Virus record (IMG/VR): IMGVR_UViG_3300032125_000010 | Coordinates: 1 to 40,011 of that record | Source: a virus | Taxonomy: Duplodnaviria; Caudoviricetes | DNA length: 40,011 bases | Strand: one strand, 5' to 3' | Shown here: in pieces, positions 1 to 9,291 of the stretch | How the letters are laid out: each line of letters opens with the position of its first letter | Position numbering within the stretch: the first letter of the stretch is position 1 | Notes under the pieces: generated by a model | Database searches by the model: none | What the model saw: only the letters and a program-made list of their open reading frames with translations | Told to the model about the DNA's origin: nothing | Translations under genes and position numbers: made by a program

Positions 1-103
1 ACTCGCAATGAGTGCAGGCGTGACCAGGTGGCTCCCTCAAGGCTTCGGCCGTCGTTGAGGCGTACCTTAAGCATCTGACTCCGGTCTATACAGGGGGCGA
101 AAG

Positions 104-511
104 GTGACTCCCTGCACCCATTGCGGCATCCCGCCCAAGAACGGCAGACTCCCCCGCGGCCTGTGTCAGACATGCGCAGTGAAGCTACGGCTGAACGGCA
201 CATATGACCAGCACGTCGGACCATTCGTGTTTGCGATCGTCCCCGGCAGCCGGCGCCCATCCGCATTCGGCTACATGGCAGTCAACACCAACCTGGGCAC
301 GATGCCAGAACATCGCGCAGTCATGACCGAAAAGCTCGGACGAGCCCTTATCGGCGAAGAGAACGTGCACCACATCAACGGAATGCGTGACGACAACAGC
401 CCCGAAAACCTCGAGCTGTGGAGTACCTCACAGCCAGCAGGGCAGCGCGTAAGCGACAAGATCGCATGGGCTCGCGCATTCCTCAAGACGTACGACTCAA
501 TGAGTCGCTAA
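104..511 (+). CDS. Free-standing HNH endonuclease with N-terminal Cys (zinc-binding) segment
   Basis: EHRAVM...LGR.L...ENVHHINGMRDDNSPENLELW HNH motif; CxxC pairs at the N-terminus. Confidence 0.85.
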   Translation: MTPCTHCGIPPKNGRLPRGLCQTCAVKLRLNGTYDQHVGPFVFAIVPGSRRPSAFGYMAVNTNLGTMPEHRAVMTEKLGRALIGEENVHHINGMRDDNSPENLELWSTSQPAGQRVSDKIAWARAFLKTYDSMSR

Positions 512-1132
512 AGGCAAGGGGCCACATTGTCATTGCTAGATGACGCTCTCTACATGGTCGACCTCAGAAACACCGACCTCCGCGCACCCGCCATCGCTAC
601 CAAGTGGCGCATTGGCAACTCGACAGTCAAGGATCACCGCAAGAAGCTCAGCATCAAAGCACAGCACACCGACACCGCAACCGTGCTCTCGGGTAAAGCC
701 GAAGAAACACCAGACGGCGGCGAATTCAAAGACGTCCAGACGACCGAGAAAATCGGTACCGACTGGACGCGTATCTTTGAGCGCTTCCAGATCGACCCCG
801 ACGTCTTCGAGATCGTTGACGACACCGTGCGCATGTCCACCTGGCAGCAGTCAAAAGCGCTGGAAGACGGCACGCGCGACGTCGTAAACCTCTTCTCGTA
901 CTCCGCACGATTCACCCGCAAGGTTGAAGCGCTCGTGGACGTTCGGGAAATTGCCGATTCCCTCCGTAAGTGGAAGCCCACCCAGAACAACACGCCCCGC
1001 ATGGGGCCGCCCGTGACCATGTTTGTTGGCTGGGCTGACTGGCAGCTCGGCAAGGGCGAAGGCGACGGCACCAAGGGCACCACACAGCGCATCCTTGACA
1101 GCTTCCAGGCAACAACAGACCGCATCACGGCC
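511..1132 (+). repeat. Diverged terminal repeat, copy A (homologous to 39379-40011)
   Basis: Homology begins AAGGCAAGGGG; many substitutions and a 12-nt indel; 1019-1132 is identical to 39898-40011. Confidence 0.95.
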
Positions 1133-1816
1133 ATGCGCAAGCGTGGCATCAACGTTGACGGCCTCCTGCTCGCCAACATGGGCGACCACACCGAAGCCGT
1201 CACAGGTCACTACACATCACAGACCTACTCCGTCGACCTCAACCAGCGCGACCAGTTGAACCTCGCCATCGAGCTGAACCTGACCGGCATCAAGGCACTC
1301 GCCCCGATGTTCGAGCAGGCCACCTACTCTGCGACACTCTGTAATCACGGACAGTGGCAGCGAGTCGCCGGCAAGGCACTCACCGACGACTCGGACAACT
1401 CCACAGGGTTCATCGGTGACACGCTGCACACAGTATGCGACCTACACCCGGCACTCAGCCACATGGACTGGCTCATCCCGCGCGACGAGATGATAACCAC
1501 CGGCACGTTCTCCGGCGTGAACACGTCAATGGCTCACGGGCACAAGATCGGCAGCGCTGAAGACACATGGCTTGCCAAGCAGTCATTGTGGCTTCAGGCT
1601 ACGCGGCAATTCCAGACCGAGCTCTGGGTTGCTGCACACCGTCACACCGCGTCAGTCGAGGACTACGGGCCGTACAGCCGCATTCAGTGCAGCACGAACG
1701 ACCCCGGCTCTAAGTCATTCACTGACGCGACTGGGAAGTTCAGCACACAGGGCACGACGACCTTCCTCATTGGGTCGCACCTGAAGCGCAAGTATTCGGA
1801 CTGGGAAGTGCTGTGA
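527..1816 (+). CDS. Calcineurin-like metallophosphoesterase (Mre11/SbcD-like nuclease), allele A
   Basis: Motifs ADWQLGK, MGDHTE, CNHG, AHGH, AHRH in the expected order; RBS AAGGGG before TTG start. Confidence 0.8.
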   Translation: MSLLDDALYMVDLRNTDLRAPAIATKWRIGNSTVKDHRKKLSIKAQHTDTATVLSGKAEETPDGGEFKDVQTTEKIGTDWTRIFERFQIDPDVFEIVDDTVRMSTWQQSKALEDGTRDVVNLFSYSARFTRKVEALVDVREIADSLRKWKPTQNNTPRMGPPVTMFVGWADWQLGKGEGDGTKGTTQRILDSFQATTDRITAMRKRGINVDGLLLANMGDHTEAVTGHYTSQTYSVDLNQRDQLNLAIELNLTGIKALAPMFEQATYSATLCNHGQWQRVAGKALTDDSDNSTGFIGDTLHTVCDLHPALSHMDWLIPRDEMITTGTFSGVNTSMAHGHKIGSAEDTWLAKQSLWLQATRQFQTELWVAAHRHTASVEDYGPYSRIQCSTNDPGSKSFTDATGKFSTQGTTTFLIGSHLKRKYSDWEVL

Positions 1817-2073
1817 CAAGCAAAGGAGTCACCATCACGCATCCAGTAAGCGACGCTGACGAGTTCATCGGCTCCCGAATCTCGTTCCTGTTCTATCCCG
1901 GCTGGGAAGAACCCGAACGAATGACCGGATGGCTTCACGGTGTGTCACGGTCCGACCCGCTTGAGCAGGATTACAAGGTGTGGCTGCACATCAGCGACGA
2001 GGAAACGTTGCCAGATGGTCAGGACATCCGCGGCATGGGCGGTTACGCAGCCAGTAGCTTCGACGTTCTGTAG
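1813..2073 (+). CDS. Hypothetical protein
   Basis: GTGA start/stop overlap with upstream gene; 86 aa. Confidence 0.65.
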   Translation: MTSKGVTITHPVSDADEFIGSRISFLFYPGWEEPERMTGWLHGVSRSDPLEQDYKVWLHISDEETLPDGQDIRGMGGYAASSFDVL

Positions 2074-2097
2074 CCGCCCACGATGAGAGGCGCGCCA

Positions 2098-2196
2098 ATG
2101 ACTGACCCCCGAGTATGCGACGTTTGCGGGCGACACTGGCCCGTCATCAGCGTTGCGCAGATGTGTACGCATAAGCCGCAACCTGGTGACTGGTAG
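2098..2196 (+). CDS. Small Cys-containing hypothetical protein (32 aa)
   Basis: RBS GAGAGG; MTDPRVCDVCGRHWPVISVAQMCTHK..., read manually (below ORF-track cutoff). Confidence 0.4.
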   Translation: MTDPRVCDVCGRHWPVISVAQMCTHKPQPGDW

Positions 2197-2199
2197 TCA

Positions 2200-2508
2200 C
2201 TAAGCGACCTGGGCCGCACGCACCGCGTCCACGATGGGCGCGAACGACGGCCACTGAGCCTTCGTGAAGATGATCGAGTTCTCATGCGACAGATCAGGGA
2301 CAACCTGAGCAGGCGCACCAACGAGCTTGAACACCACGTGCCCGTTCGTCATAAGCCCCGAGCCCTTCACCACAACCTCAGCGATCCGAGACGCCGGGAA
2401 CGAACGCTCAGCCGAACCATGCCCCATACGTGCAGACAACCCCTCCCGCTTGATCGTCACAGTGGCGCCGTCAAAGACGACCTGACCATTCTTACCCTTG
2501 GCTTCCAT
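2200..2508 (-). CDS. DUF4429-like (bacterial PH-domain-like) protein, moron
   Basis: KGKNGQVVFDGATVTIKR...NGHVVF...ENSIIF pattern; opposite strand to neighbours; TACCCT -10-like hexamer 7 nt upstream of ATG. Confidence 0.7.
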   Translation of the reverse strand: MEAKGKNGQVVFDGATVTIKREGLSARMGHGSAERSFPASRIAEVVVKGSGLMTNGHVVFKLVGAPAQVVPDLSHENSIIFTKAQWPSFAPIVDAVRAAQVA

Positions 2509-2570
2509 GTGCCCTAGGGTAGCGCGAAATCACCCCCGCCCCCAAGCAATCCCCAGAGGGGGCGTGAACC

Positions 2571-2864
2571 ATGCCACCCCCCTACCGCAATGACCGGGCA
2601 TACGTGGCCAAGCGTGAAGCCCTCAAGCGTCAAGCACGCAAGACCGGCGCGCCGTGCCACCTATGCGGGAAGCCCTTCAACTTCGACCTTGACTGGAAGC
2701 ATCCGATGGCGTTCACCGCTGACCACCTCGACGCAGTAGGCAACGGCGGCTCCATGACAGGGCAACTCAAGCCAGCGCACAGGTCATGCAACTCACGCCG
2801 CGGAAAGAAGAAACTCGGCGACGTGGCACCCCTCAAGGCGCCCCGCACGTCGAGGGCGTGGTGA
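2571..2864 (+). CDS. Terminase-associated HNH endonuclease
   Basis: CHLCG...ADHLD...GG...PAHRSCNSRRG; located directly upstream of the terminase genes. Confidence 0.9.
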   Translation: MPPPYRNDRAYVAKREALKRQARKTGAPCHLCGKPFNFDLDWKHPMAFTADHLDAVGNGGSMTGQLKPAHRSCNSRRGKKKLGDVAPLKAPRTSRAW

Positions 2865-2999
2865 CCGGACGGCGACCGAGGGCATGGGGCACATACCCCT
2901 CCCCCCTGCCCCCGCGCCACTCGCGGCATAGGCGAAATTTGTGCACACGGAGTTCAGCCGGTCTATCAGTGAGGCTTTCTATCTATCAGAGGTGATCCT
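2865..2999. other. Candidate packaging initiation (cos/pac) region
   Basis: Non-coding, C-run-rich interval between HNH and terS, the usual position of cos in HNH-terS-terL phages; exact site not determinable. Confidence 0.35.
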
Positions 3000-3401
3000 A
3001 TGGCGCGCGAACTGAAGCCTTGCGGGACCTTTGCTGCCTATCAGCGGCACCTTCGCAATAAGGAGCCGGTGTGCGATCCGTGCGCCAAGGCGGGTCGTGA
3101 GCAGAAGAACACGCGCGTGGATAACGGGCGTTCCGAGTCGGCTTCCCTGGTCTCCCTGGCCCTTGCCGCTGAGCCTGCCCCCGATGTCCTCGACGAGCTC
3201 GATGAGGCGCGGGAGAACTTGCGCGCTGTGAAGGCTGCGATGTCTGAGGCGCCGGCCAATGCGATCGCGGCCCTGTCGAAGCGCCGTGAAGAACTCGTGC
3301 GGCGGATTGTCGTGCTGTCCAAGTCGAACGAGCCTGAGGAGAGTGTCTTTGACCAACTCCGAAAGCGTCGTGAGGAAAGGATCGCAGCTTCCTCGCATTG
3401 A
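3000..3401 (+). CDS. terS: Terminase small subunit with N-terminal zinc-binding module
   Basis: Position before terL; PCGTFAAYQRH...CDPC module; C-terminal DQLRKRREERIA typical of actinophage TerS; RBS GAGGTG. Confidence 0.75.
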   Translation: MARELKPCGTFAAYQRHLRNKEPVCDPCAKAGREQKNTRVDNGRSESASLVSLALAAEPAPDVLDELDEARENLRAVKAAMSEAPANAIAALSKRREELVRRIVVLSKSNEPEESVFDQLRKRREERIAASSH

Positions 3402-4872
3402 GTCGTTCCCCCTGTATGCGACTACTGCCGCAGATGACGCGATTGACCTGGCTGCGGTTGCCGGCTTGTTCCTCGATCCGTGGCAGGAGTACGTGCTGCG
3501 CGGTTCTCTCGGTGAGAAGCGTAACGGCAAGTGGTCGGCTTTCCGTTGTGGCCTGGTTGTCCCGAGACAGAATGGCAAAAATGCGCTGCTCGAGGCGCGC
3601 GAACTCGCGGGCCTGTTCCTGTTCGGCGAGAAGCGCATTATCCACACCGCGCACGAAACAAAGACTGCGCGCGAGTCGATGCAATCGCTTATGAACCGAA
3701 TGAAAACCTGCCCGGATCTCATGGAGCAGGTGCTCGGCTTCGAGGGCGACCTCGACAAAGAGTTCTCGGGCATGAAGGTCGGCAACGATCCGAGCATCAC
3801 GCTCAAGTCGGGCGCGAAGATTTCCTATGCTGCCCGGTCTAAGGGTTCTGGTCGTGGCTTCACTGGCGATCTGATCGTTATGGATGAGGCTTATGCACTG
3901 AAGCTTGACGAGCTCGCGGCAATGTTGCCGACGATGGCGGCAAAGTCGATGGATGGTAACCCGCAGATCTGGTTTACGTCTTCGGCTGGTATGCCTGAGT
4001 CGGATCTGCTCGAGGCCATGCGCCAGGAGGGCATCAAGAAGTCTTCCGACCGGCTCGCGTATTTCGAGTGGTCGGCTGAGGATGACGCGGCTGTTACGGA
4101 CGTGGATTCCTGGTATCAGGCAAACCCTGGCCTCGGCATCCGCATCAGTGAGCAGTTTGTGAAGGATGAGCTCGAGGCCATGGTCGCTGACGGCGGCACT
4201 GATGAGCAGTTCAAGCGCGAGCGTCTCGGCATTTGGGCGAAGCTGGGCGGTGAGTCGGTGTTCTCTGCCGGCGTCTGGTCGGCCCTCGCTGATCCACTAG
4301 ACCTAGATGAATCTGATAATCCGATCCCTGGGACAGGCTCCCAGCCCACCGAGCAGATCGTGTTCGGGGTGGAGATCGCGGGCAATCGTGAGTCGGCATC
4401 AATCGCCCTCCTATCGTTCCGCGCTGACGATCTTATTCACGCGGAGATTGTAGAAAACCGGGTCGGTACGTCATGGCTTGGCACGCGGCTGGCTGAGCTT
4501 CAGAAGCTCTACAACCCGATCGCCACAGTGGCAATCGCTGGCGGGCATGTCGACTCGCTGGTGCCGTCGTGGAAGCGTGATGGCGCCCGCGTGAAGCTCA
4601 TCAAGTTTGCCGATTATGTGAAGGCGTGCGGCGTCATTTACGACTGGATCACGCAGGGCAAGCTTCGTCACCTTGACGACGACCTTCTCAATGCACCCAT
4701 CGACGGCGTGCGGCAGAAGTTCACCCGAGACAACGCCTCCTGGTACTGGTCGCGCGCATCGTCGGACGTAGACATCACCCCGCTTGTGGCCTTGACGGTC
4801 GCGGCGGGTTCATTGGAAAAGAAGTCGGGCCAATCACGGTCGGACGGCAAACGGAGAGGGAGGATCCTGTGA
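3349..4872 (+). CDS. terL: Terminase large subunit
   Basis: Walker A VPRQNGKN, Walker B LIVMDEA, coupling motif TSSAG, ANPGLG, C-terminal DITPLVA; TTG start chosen for RBS GAGGAGAG (ORF open from 3259). Confidence 0.95.
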   Translation: MTNSESVVRKGSQLPRIESFPLYATTAADDAIDLAAVAGLFLDPWQEYVLRGSLGEKRNGKWSAFRCGLVVPRQNGKNALLEARELAGLFLFGEKRIIHTAHETKTARESMQSLMNRMKTCPDLMEQVLGFEGDLDKEFSGMKVGNDPSITLKSGAKISYAARSKGSGRGFTGDLIVMDEAYALKLDELAAMLPTMAAKSMDGNPQIWFTSSAGMPESDLLEAMRQEGIKKSSDRLAYFEWSAEDDAAVTDVDSWYQANPGLGIRISEQFVKDELEAMVADGGTDEQFKRERLGIWAKLGGESVFSAGVWSALADPLDLDESDNPIPGTGSQPTEQIVFGVEIAGNRESASIALLSFRADDLIHAEIVENRVGTSWLGTRLAELQKLYNPIATVAIAGGHVDSLVPSWKRDGARVKLIKFADYVKACGVIYDWITQGKLRHLDDDLLNAPIDGVRQKFTRDNASWYWSRASSDVDITPLVALTVAAGSLEKKSGQSRSDGKRRGRIL

Positions 4873-6290
4873 CTTCAGGCATTGATCTAGTGCTCGATCA
4901 TTCCGATTCGGAGCTGTTGGAGGCGTTGATTCGGGTGTGGCGTCAGAAGCGCCCGCGGAATCTGACGCGCAGCATCTATTACGACGGCAAGGCGGCACTG
5001 AAGGACTTCGGCATTTCGCTGCCCCCTCAGATGCGGTCGATTGATGCGGCGCTGGGGTGGACGGCTAAGGGCGTCCACGCCATGACGGATCTTTCGCAGT
5101 TCACCGGGTTCGTTTCGGCGAACGGTGAAGAGGATGCGTTCGGCGTTGATTCGATCGCGTGGGATAACAACTTCCTGATGGAGTTCCCCGCGGCGAAGGT
5201 GTCGTCGGCGGTTCATGGCTGCTCGTTTCTGACGGTTAGTTCGGGCGATGTGCAGTCTGGCGAGCCTGAGGTGATGCTGCTGGCTCGGTCTGCTGAGAAT
5301 TCGGCCGCGATTTGGGACCCGCGACGTCGTGCGCTTCGAGGCTTCCTGTCGATCGTTGACTTCACGAACGCGGGCGACATTAGCCGCATGGTCATGTACA
5401 CCCCCGACAAGGTGGTCACTCTCACGCGGCAGGGCGGTGCGTGGCGTCGTGGCTGGAAGGCTGACGTTCAGCGCAACCCGCTCGGCGTGGTGTCTGTAGC
5501 CCCGCTGCCGAACAATTACGAGCTGTCCCGACCTCTGGGCCACTCGCGGATCACGCGGGCGTCTATGGGCTATGTGGACTCTGCCATCCGCACGATCGTT
5601 CGCTCTGAGGTGTCGGCTGAGTTCTACTCTGCGCCGGAATACTACCTGTTCGGCGCGAAGGTCGAGGATTTCGTTGGTGATGACCGCTGGACGGCTCTTA
5701 TGGGCCGAATCAAGGCGCTCGATGTCGAGGATGGCGAAGACAAGCCGGATCTGCACCGCTTCACTGGCGCTTCCCCGCAGCCGCACACCGACCAACTCCG
5801 CATGTGGGCGAACCTGTTTTCGGATGACCAGGACCTCGAGGTGAAGTTCGCCGACAACTCGAATCCGACCAGTGCAGACGCTATCTTCGCGGGCAAGATT
5901 TCGCTGACGATGGCGACGAACACGGCTAACGGGATTTGGGGTCAGGGCGCCGAGCGTGCCATGCAGATGGGCGTCATGCTCCGCGATGGGCTCACGTCTG
6001 TTCCGGTGGAGATGCGCAGCTTGCAGGCGCAGTTCACGAAGGCGCACCTTGTTTCGCCGACAGCCCGTGCGGATGCCTTCTCGAAGCTCGCTCTGAGCAT
6101 CGAAGGGTTCGGCGCGTCTGAGGTCGGCATGGAGTATGCAGGCCTTGACCGTGGGCAGATTGTGCGCTTGCAGGCTGAGCGCCGACGTGCTCAGGTTGGC
6201 TCGCTGGTGTCTTCACTACGGGCCAATGCAGACGCTGCGGTTGCCACACCTGAGGTCGCAGCAGTCGCCGGCCAACGTGGCGGTGAGTAA
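4869..6290 (+). CDS. Portal protein (SPP1 gp6-like family)
   Basis: 473 aa after terL; YYDGK, LGW..K.V, RPLGHSRIT, AEFYSAP motifs. Confidence 0.9.
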   Translation: MTSGIDLVLDHSDSELLEALIRVWRQKRPRNLTRSIYYDGKAALKDFGISLPPQMRSIDAALGWTAKGVHAMTDLSQFTGFVSANGEEDAFGVDSIAWDNNFLMEFPAAKVSSAVHGCSFLTVSSGDVQSGEPEVMLLARSAENSAAIWDPRRRALRGFLSIVDFTNAGDISRMVMYTPDKVVTLTRQGGAWRRGWKADVQRNPLGVVSVAPLPNNYELSRPLGHSRITRASMGYVDSAIRTIVRSEVSAEFYSAPEYYLFGAKVEDFVGDDRWTALMGRIKALDVEDGEDKPDLHRFTGASPQPHTDQLRMWANLFSDDQDLEVKFADNSNPTSADAIFAGKISLTMATNTANGIWGQGAERAMQMGVMLRDGLTSVPVEMRSLQAQFTKAHLVSPTARADAFSKLALSIEGFGASEVGMEYAGLDRGQIVRLQAERRRAQVGSLVSSLRANADAAVATPEVAAVAGQRGGE

Positions 6291-7090
6291 TGACGACGAT
6301 GGCCGACATCGAAGCGTACCGGCGCGGGTCTAGCGACCTGACGGCGCTTGCGTTGCGCGAGGTCAACGACGTCCTGTCGTTCCTTGGTGACGCCAACCCG
6401 GTCACGGTGCGCAATTCGCTCATTCAACTGCTGCCCGAGATCGTCGGCCCGTATATCACGGCATCCGGCGAGCTCGCGGCGACATGGTACGAGGATTTGC
6501 GCTCGTCGTCTGTCGGTGGCACGCACTATGCGACCGCCTCGGGCGAGCTGAACCAGGCGCGCATCAATTCGCTGGTGCGGTATGGCGTGAAGCCTTTATT
6601 CGGGCAGTCGAGTTCGACGGTGCTGTCTCTCATCGGCGGCGGCGTGCAGCGCATGGTGTCTGGTGCTGGCCGGGCGACGATTGCAGACAATGCGTCGCGC
6701 GATCGGGTGCGTGTCGGGTTCGCTCGCATTGCCCGACCTGACGCCTGTGCGTTCTGCGGAATGCTGGCCTCTCGCGGGGCCGAGTACGCCTCGGAGGCAT
6801 CTGCTGGTGGCGTTGTGGGCCGCGGTGTTTCTGCCGAGTCCACCAAGGGCAAGGCTGGCGGGCAGGGCAAGGGGCTCAAAGGTCGCGGATCTCGCGCCAT
6901 TGGCTCCAATGACTATCACGACAGTTGCCATTGCGTTGTTGCCCCGGTGTTTCGCGGTGACACGTTCGCGACGGAGGCCGCGGCACCATTCAAGGCGCTG
7001 TATGACGACGCGTTCGAGCTCAACGAGGGCGGCGCGATCAGCGCAAAGGAAACCCTCGCTAACTGGCGACAGGTGCACGGCACCAAATAG
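6290..7090 (+). CDS. MuF-like minor head / capsid maturation protein
   Basis: ACAFCGMLASRG and YHDSCHCVVAP motifs; position after portal. Confidence 0.8.
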   Translation: MTTMADIEAYRRGSSDLTALALREVNDVLSFLGDANPVTVRNSLIQLLPEIVGPYITASGELAATWYEDLRSSSVGGTHYATASGELNQARINSLVRYGVKPLFGQSSSTVLSLIGGGVQRMVSGAGRATIADNASRDRVRVGFARIARPDACAFCGMLASRGAEYASEASAGGVVGRGVSAESTKGKAGGQGKGLKGRGSRAIGSNDYHDSCHCVVAPVFRGDTFATEAAAPFKALYDDAFELNEGGAISAKETLANWRQVHGTK

Positions 7091-7178
7091 ATTTCCGCGT
7101 TCTCTCGCGGATCAGTGACCTCGACTGTCTCGAGGGTCATGGGCGACGGCCCCTAAACGGATTGAAAGGGGTTCCGAT

Positions 7179-7709
7179 ATGTCGGAGCAGACAAGTACCG
7201 CTGTCGCGGGAGAACAAAACGAGCAGGTCCAGGAGCAGGCAAAGGAGTTCGCGGCGATCACGTCGCAGGAAGACTTCGACACCCGCATTCAGGCCCGCAT
7301 TGCTCGGGAGCGTGGACGTTTCGCAGACTACGACGACTTGAAGGCTAGCGCCGCCAAGCTCGCCGAGATCGAAGCGGCCAACCAGACCGAATCCGAGAAG
7401 GTCGCTGAACGTCTCGCCGCCGCTGAGAAGCGCGCCGTGGAACTGGAAGCCAAGGCCGCTCGCGCCGAGGTCGCAGCCGCCAAGGGTGTCCCTGCCGCGT
7501 TGCTTTCGGGCAGCACGCAGGAAGAGCTCGAGGCGTCCGCTGACGCGCTCATCGCATTCAAGGGCATCACGCCCGAACCCGAGGCCAAGACGGACAAGAA
7601 AACGTTCTACGTCGCTGACGAAGGCGGCGTCCCGGCGCTCGGCAAGCAGGACAACATCTCTCCCGGCATGGGGTCCCTCCGTGCTGGCTACGCACAAGAA
7701 AAGGAATAG
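7179..7709 (+). CDS. Capsid scaffolding protein
   Basis: Acidic/Ala-rich coiled coil, RIARER..FADYDDLK, LLSGST.EEL.ASAD; precedes capsid gene. Confidence 0.85.
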   Translation: MSEQTSTAVAGEQNEQVQEQAKEFAAITSQEDFDTRIQARIARERGRFADYDDLKASAAKLAEIEAANQTESEKVAERLAAAEKRAVELEAKAARAEVAAAKGVPAALLSGSTQEELEASADALIAFKGITPEPEAKTDKKTFYVADEGGVPALGKQDNISPGMGSLRAGYAQEKE

Positions 7710-7712
7710 CCC

Positions 7713-8663
7713 ATGGCTACCACTCTCGCAGAGGCCGCAAAGCTCTCTCAGTCCTACCTCCAGAAGGGCGTTCTGGAGACGTTCGTGCAGGCCTCGTCGG
7801 TCCTCGACCGCATCCCCTTCATGACCATTCAGGGAAACGCCTACTCGTACAACGAGGAAGCAACCCTGCCCGGCGTCGCGTTCCGTGCGGTCAACGGCAG
7901 CTACACCGAGTCGACGGGTACCGTCAACCAGAAGTCCGAGTCCCTGGTCATCACTGGTGGAGACGCCGACGTTGACAAGTTCATCGTGCAGACCCGCGGC
8001 GACGTGAATGACCAGCGTGCGGTTCAGACCGCGCTAAAGGTCAAGGCGCTGTCTTACCAGTTCCAGGACTCGTTCTTCAACGGCGACACCGGCGTTGACG
8101 CGCTGTCGTTCGACGGGCTGAAGAAGCGTCTCATCGGCGATCAGGTCATTTCGTCCGGCACTAACGGTGCCGCGATCCTGACCGACACGACCTCGATTCA
8201 CGCGTTCTTCGACAAGCTCGACGCGCTCGTGGCATCCGTGTCCGGCCTTGACGGTGGAAACGGCGCGCTGTATGCGAACGCCGGCATCATCGGCAAGATC
8301 AAGTCGGCTGCGCGTCACATCAACGCCGACGTGTTCGTTGAGAAGGACATCAACGGCAAGCGTCAGGTCGTTTGGAACGGCATCCCGATCCTCGACGCCG
8401 GCTCGACTGCCGCTGGTGTGAGCGTGCTCCCGCAGACGGAAACGCAGGGCACCTCGAGCCTCGCATCGTCCATCTACGCGGTGAAGTTCGGACAGTCCGA
8501 GGGTGACCAGGCCGTGACCGGCCTGACCAACGGTGGAGTTCAGGTCTACGACCTTGGCGAGCTTGAGACCAAGCCCGCGTACCGGACTCGCATTGAGTTC
8601 TACACCGGTCTTGCCGTGTTCGGAGGGAAAGCCGGAGCTCGTCTGACTGGCGTGCTTGCCTAA
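7713..8663 (+). CDS. Major capsid protein
   Basis: 316 aa after scaffold; TLAEAAKL...LPGVAFRAVN...FDGLKKR...RTRIEFY..LAV...ARLTGV; strongly biased codon usage. Confidence 0.9.
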   Translation: MATTLAEAAKLSQSYLQKGVLETFVQASSVLDRIPFMTIQGNAYSYNEEATLPGVAFRAVNGSYTESTGTVNQKSESLVITGGDADVDKFIVQTRGDVNDQRAVQTALKVKALSYQFQDSFFNGDTGVDALSFDGLKKRLIGDQVISSGTNGAAILTDTTSIHAFFDKLDALVASVSGLDGGNGALYANAGIIGKIKSAARHINADVFVEKDINGKRQVVWNGIPILDAGSTAAGVSVLPQTETQGTSSLASSIYAVKFGQSEGDQAVTGLTNGGVQVYDLGELETKPAYRTRIEFYTGLAVFGGKAGARLTGVLA

Positions 8664-8824
8664 TGGCGGGTAAATCCCCATCCGCTGCGCCCGTCGCGGT
8701 CGTTCGCACTGAGGTCGCGCCAGTGGGTCGCCGTGAGAAGTTCACGGCGACCCGCCCAGACGGCACTGTCGTCACGGTGGATCGCAACATCGACACCGGC
8801 GAGCAGACGGTAACCGACAAGTAA
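8663..8824 (+). CDS. Small virion-associated hypothetical protein (53 aa)
   Basis: TAATG coupling to capsid gene; MAGKSPSAAP...RPDGTVVTVDRNIDTGEQTVTDK, read manually. Confidence 0.7.
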   Translation: MAGKSPSAAPVAVVRTEVAPVGRREKFTATRPDGTVVTVDRNIDTGEQTVTDK

Positions 8825-8830
8825 TCAAGT

Positions 8831-8864
8831 GCGAAAGGGCGGGTCTTATGACTCGCCCTTTCGC
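8831..8864 (+). terminator. Strong hairpin after capsid genes
   Basis: GCGAAAGGGCGGGTC-TTAT-GACTCGCCCTTTCGC; weak U tail. Confidence 0.65.
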
Positions 8865-8883
8865 GTTAACCCGGAGGTGCCGC

Positions 8884-9291
8884 ATGGCTTGGACTATCGC
8901 TACCAATGTGCTCGACGCGTGGATCGGCGACGACGAGCCAACCGACACGGCGCTGATTGATACGTGGATCGGCAAGGCTGAGCGTCTGATCCGGTTCAAG
9001 ATCCCGGGCATTCAGGTGCGCTTGGATGCTGTCGAGGTCGACCTGCTCGAGAACGTCGTTGACGTGATCGCGGCTATGGTTATCCGCAAGTTCCGCAACC
9101 CCGAAGGCATTCGGCAGTCGAACACGACGACGGGGCCGTTCACGGAGTCGCGAACGTATGGCGGCAATGAGCCGGGCGAGCTGGTGCTACAGGATGACGA
9201 GTTGGCGCGGCTGTCTGGCAGCACGGGCGGCGGTCGTGCGTTCAGTATTAGCACGATCCCCACCACCTCGCCGTTCTACGTGGCGCCATGA
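8884..9291 (+). CDS. Head-to-tail adaptor
   Basis: RBS GGAGG; RKFRNPEG.RQ..TTTGPF motif; position. Confidence 0.8.
   Translation: MAWTIATNVLDAWIGDDEPTDTALIDTWIGKAERLIRFKIPGIQVRLDAVEVDLLENVVDVIAAMVIRKFRNPEGIRQSNTTTGPFTESRTYGGNEPGELVLQDDELARLSGSTGGGRAFSISTIPTTSPFYVAP

Noticed and set aside
3349-4872. Intein or intron in terminase or other core genes
   Set aside because: Protein lengths are normal, frames are uninterrupted, and no splice-junction motifs were seen
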